A stretch of DNA of 15,984 nucleotides from Candidatus Odinarchaeota archaeon. GTDB taxonomy: Archaea; Asgardarchaeota; Odinarchaeia; Odinarchaeales; Odinarchaeaceae. The position numbers and the translations under genes are program-made. Below are positions 14,880 through 15,984 of this stretch, piece by piece (position 1 is the stretch's first letter; every line of letters begins with the position of its first letter). The stretch covers positions 1-15,984 of the forward strand of contig JAWBON010000028.1 of assembly GCA_038826135.1 (NCBI GenBank), given 5' to 3'. The notes beneath the pieces are model-generated. The model was not told where the DNA came from, did not search any database, and was given only the letters and a program-made list of their open reading frames with translations.

Positions 14880-15115
14880 CGAAATAAGTAAGCTTAATCG
14901 ATACATGCAAGTCTTTTTAGAATAACAGTAAATTTTAGTAATCTTAATAATATGTTAACAAACTATATAAGTTAAAGAAGACATCAAACATTTACTGGTA
15001 AAAATACGTATAAAAACATAATTCTAACTAGAATTACGCATGTTAAATAATAAGATTTAAAAATTGATTAAAAAATGGTTTTGAAGATTAACTATTACAA
15101 CCATAGGCGAGCTAT

Positions 15116-15595
15116 ATGAAAGAGGAGAAAAAGAAAGGTATAAAAGACATTATTAAAAGCAAGCTGAAAAAGATTTCGAATATCGCGCTTATAGTCGACG
15201 GTTCAAGCATAGAGAAAGAGGATCTTATAACCCAGCTTAAAAATATTAAAAAAGCTATAGAAGACGTAGGGAAACTGAGAACCTCTAAAATAGTTGTTAA
15301 AACACTACCCTCAGAAGAAGAGGTTAAGAAAATCCAGAAATTAGGGTTCGAAATAATAATCAGAGCTAGTGAAACAGACGTCTACTTTGTTCTAGAAGCG
15401 ATGGAGCTATTATATAATCCGAAAATAGAGGCTGTGGCGATTTCGACAAGAAACGAAGAGTTCCTGCAAATACTCAACAAAGGAAGAGAGAAAGGTAAAA
15501 AAACGATTTCAATAAATCCCTCAGGCAGCACAATAGACACGGAGATGTTAAAAAACCTTTCAGATATTACAATAGATCTTAACGTAACCGGATGA
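15116..15595 (+). CDS. NYN/PIN-like domain protein (TIGR00288/DUF88-like) with degenerate acidic motifs
   Basis: IALIVDG, ETDVYFVLEAMELLYNPKIEAVAISTRNEEFLQILNKGREKGKKTISI and LKNLSDITIDL. Confidence 0.78.
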   Translation: MKEEKKKGIKDIIKSKLKKISNIALIVDGSSIEKEDLITQLKNIKKAIEDVGKLRTSKIVVKTLPSEEEVKKIQKLGFEIIIRASETDVYFVLEAMELLYNPKIEAVAISTRNEEFLQILNKGREKGKKTISINPSGSTIDTEMLKNLSDITIDLNVTG

Positions 15596-15724
15596 AAAAA
15601 TAAATTGAACTGAAAAATCTACCGCTAATATTTCTTTAACTGTTTAATTTTAAAGTGTGTTTAAGATTCTAATATTTTTATAATTAATATGATTTAGTCA
15701 ACATTCTGTTAAGTTATAGTTAAA

Positions 15725-15982
15725 CTAATCTATTTTTATTACAGAGCCTGCTGCTATTCTCACAGCTTTTTCACTGTATTTTTCCAGTATTTTCTCCTTG
15801 TGTTTTGTGCAATGGCTTGGCATGATTTTGTCAACGCTGTTTAAAATATCTAATTTATTAAAATCGTGGAAGCCGCCTATTAGATAATTTACTTTACCTA
15901 TGCTAGATGCCTCTTCAAGTATTTTTTCTAATCCTGGGTGCGCGCAGCCAGATACAACTATAATATTATTTTTATGCTTTAT
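15725..15982 (-). CDS. MBL-fold metallo-hydrolase (COG1237-like, annotated as 7,8-dihydropterin-6-ylmethyl-4-(beta-D-ribofuranosyl)aminobenzene-5'-phosphate synthase family), C-terminal 85 aa; not in the ORF track
   Basis: Manual translation: IKHKNNIIVVSGCAHPGLEKILEEASSIGKVNYLIGGFHDFNKLDILNSVDKIMPSHCTKHKEKILEKYSEKAVRIAAGSVIKID*. The GCAHPG, GGFH and PSHCT motifs are diagnostic. Confidence 0.88.
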   Translation of the reverse strand: MKHKNNIIVVSGCAHPGLEKILEEASSIGKVNYLIGGFHDFNKLDILNSVDKIMPSHCTKHKEKILEKYSEKAVRIAAGSVIKID

Positions 15983-15984
15983 TA

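Noticed and set aside
1-15984. CRISPR arrays, IS elements/integrases, origin ORB boxes and C/D box sRNAs
   Set aside because: By eye I found no regularly spaced direct repeats, transposase or integrase motifs, terminal inverted repeats, ORB consensus, or paired RTGATGA/CTGA boxes in the intergenic gaps.

Overview
AT-rich, gene-dense archaeal chromosomal segment. Taxonomy is inferred: eL13, a class I LysRS, BRE/TATA promoters, GGTG(A)-type Shine-Dalgarno sites, an A1-U72 tRNA-Gln, and roadblock- and longin-like proteins point to Asgard archaea, possibly a thermophilic Odinarchaeia-like lineage. It encodes mostly housekeeping genes: gdhA, rpl13e, lysS, a stand-alone ThrRS editing domain, Xaa-Pro peptidase, uppS, a CDP-alcohol phosphatidyltransferase with a PfkB kinase, HAD, CoA-binding, YunC, NYN and two HTH-less Lrp/AsnC proteins. 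Two partial MBL-fold hydrolases at the window edges are absent from the ORF track. The best hidden feature is a tRNA-Gln(CTG) gene at 1819-1981 interrupted by three bulge-helix-bulge introns (37/38, 48/49, 59/60); their splice-site helices are mutually exclusive, which implies ordered splicing. Other highlights are a roadblock plus triple winged-helix protein reminiscent of GATOR1 NPRL2/3, a longin/uDENN-like domain fused to a TrmB scaffold, and a probable myo-inositol kinase coupled to archaetidylinositol-phosphate synthase. No CRISPR array or mobile element was seen.
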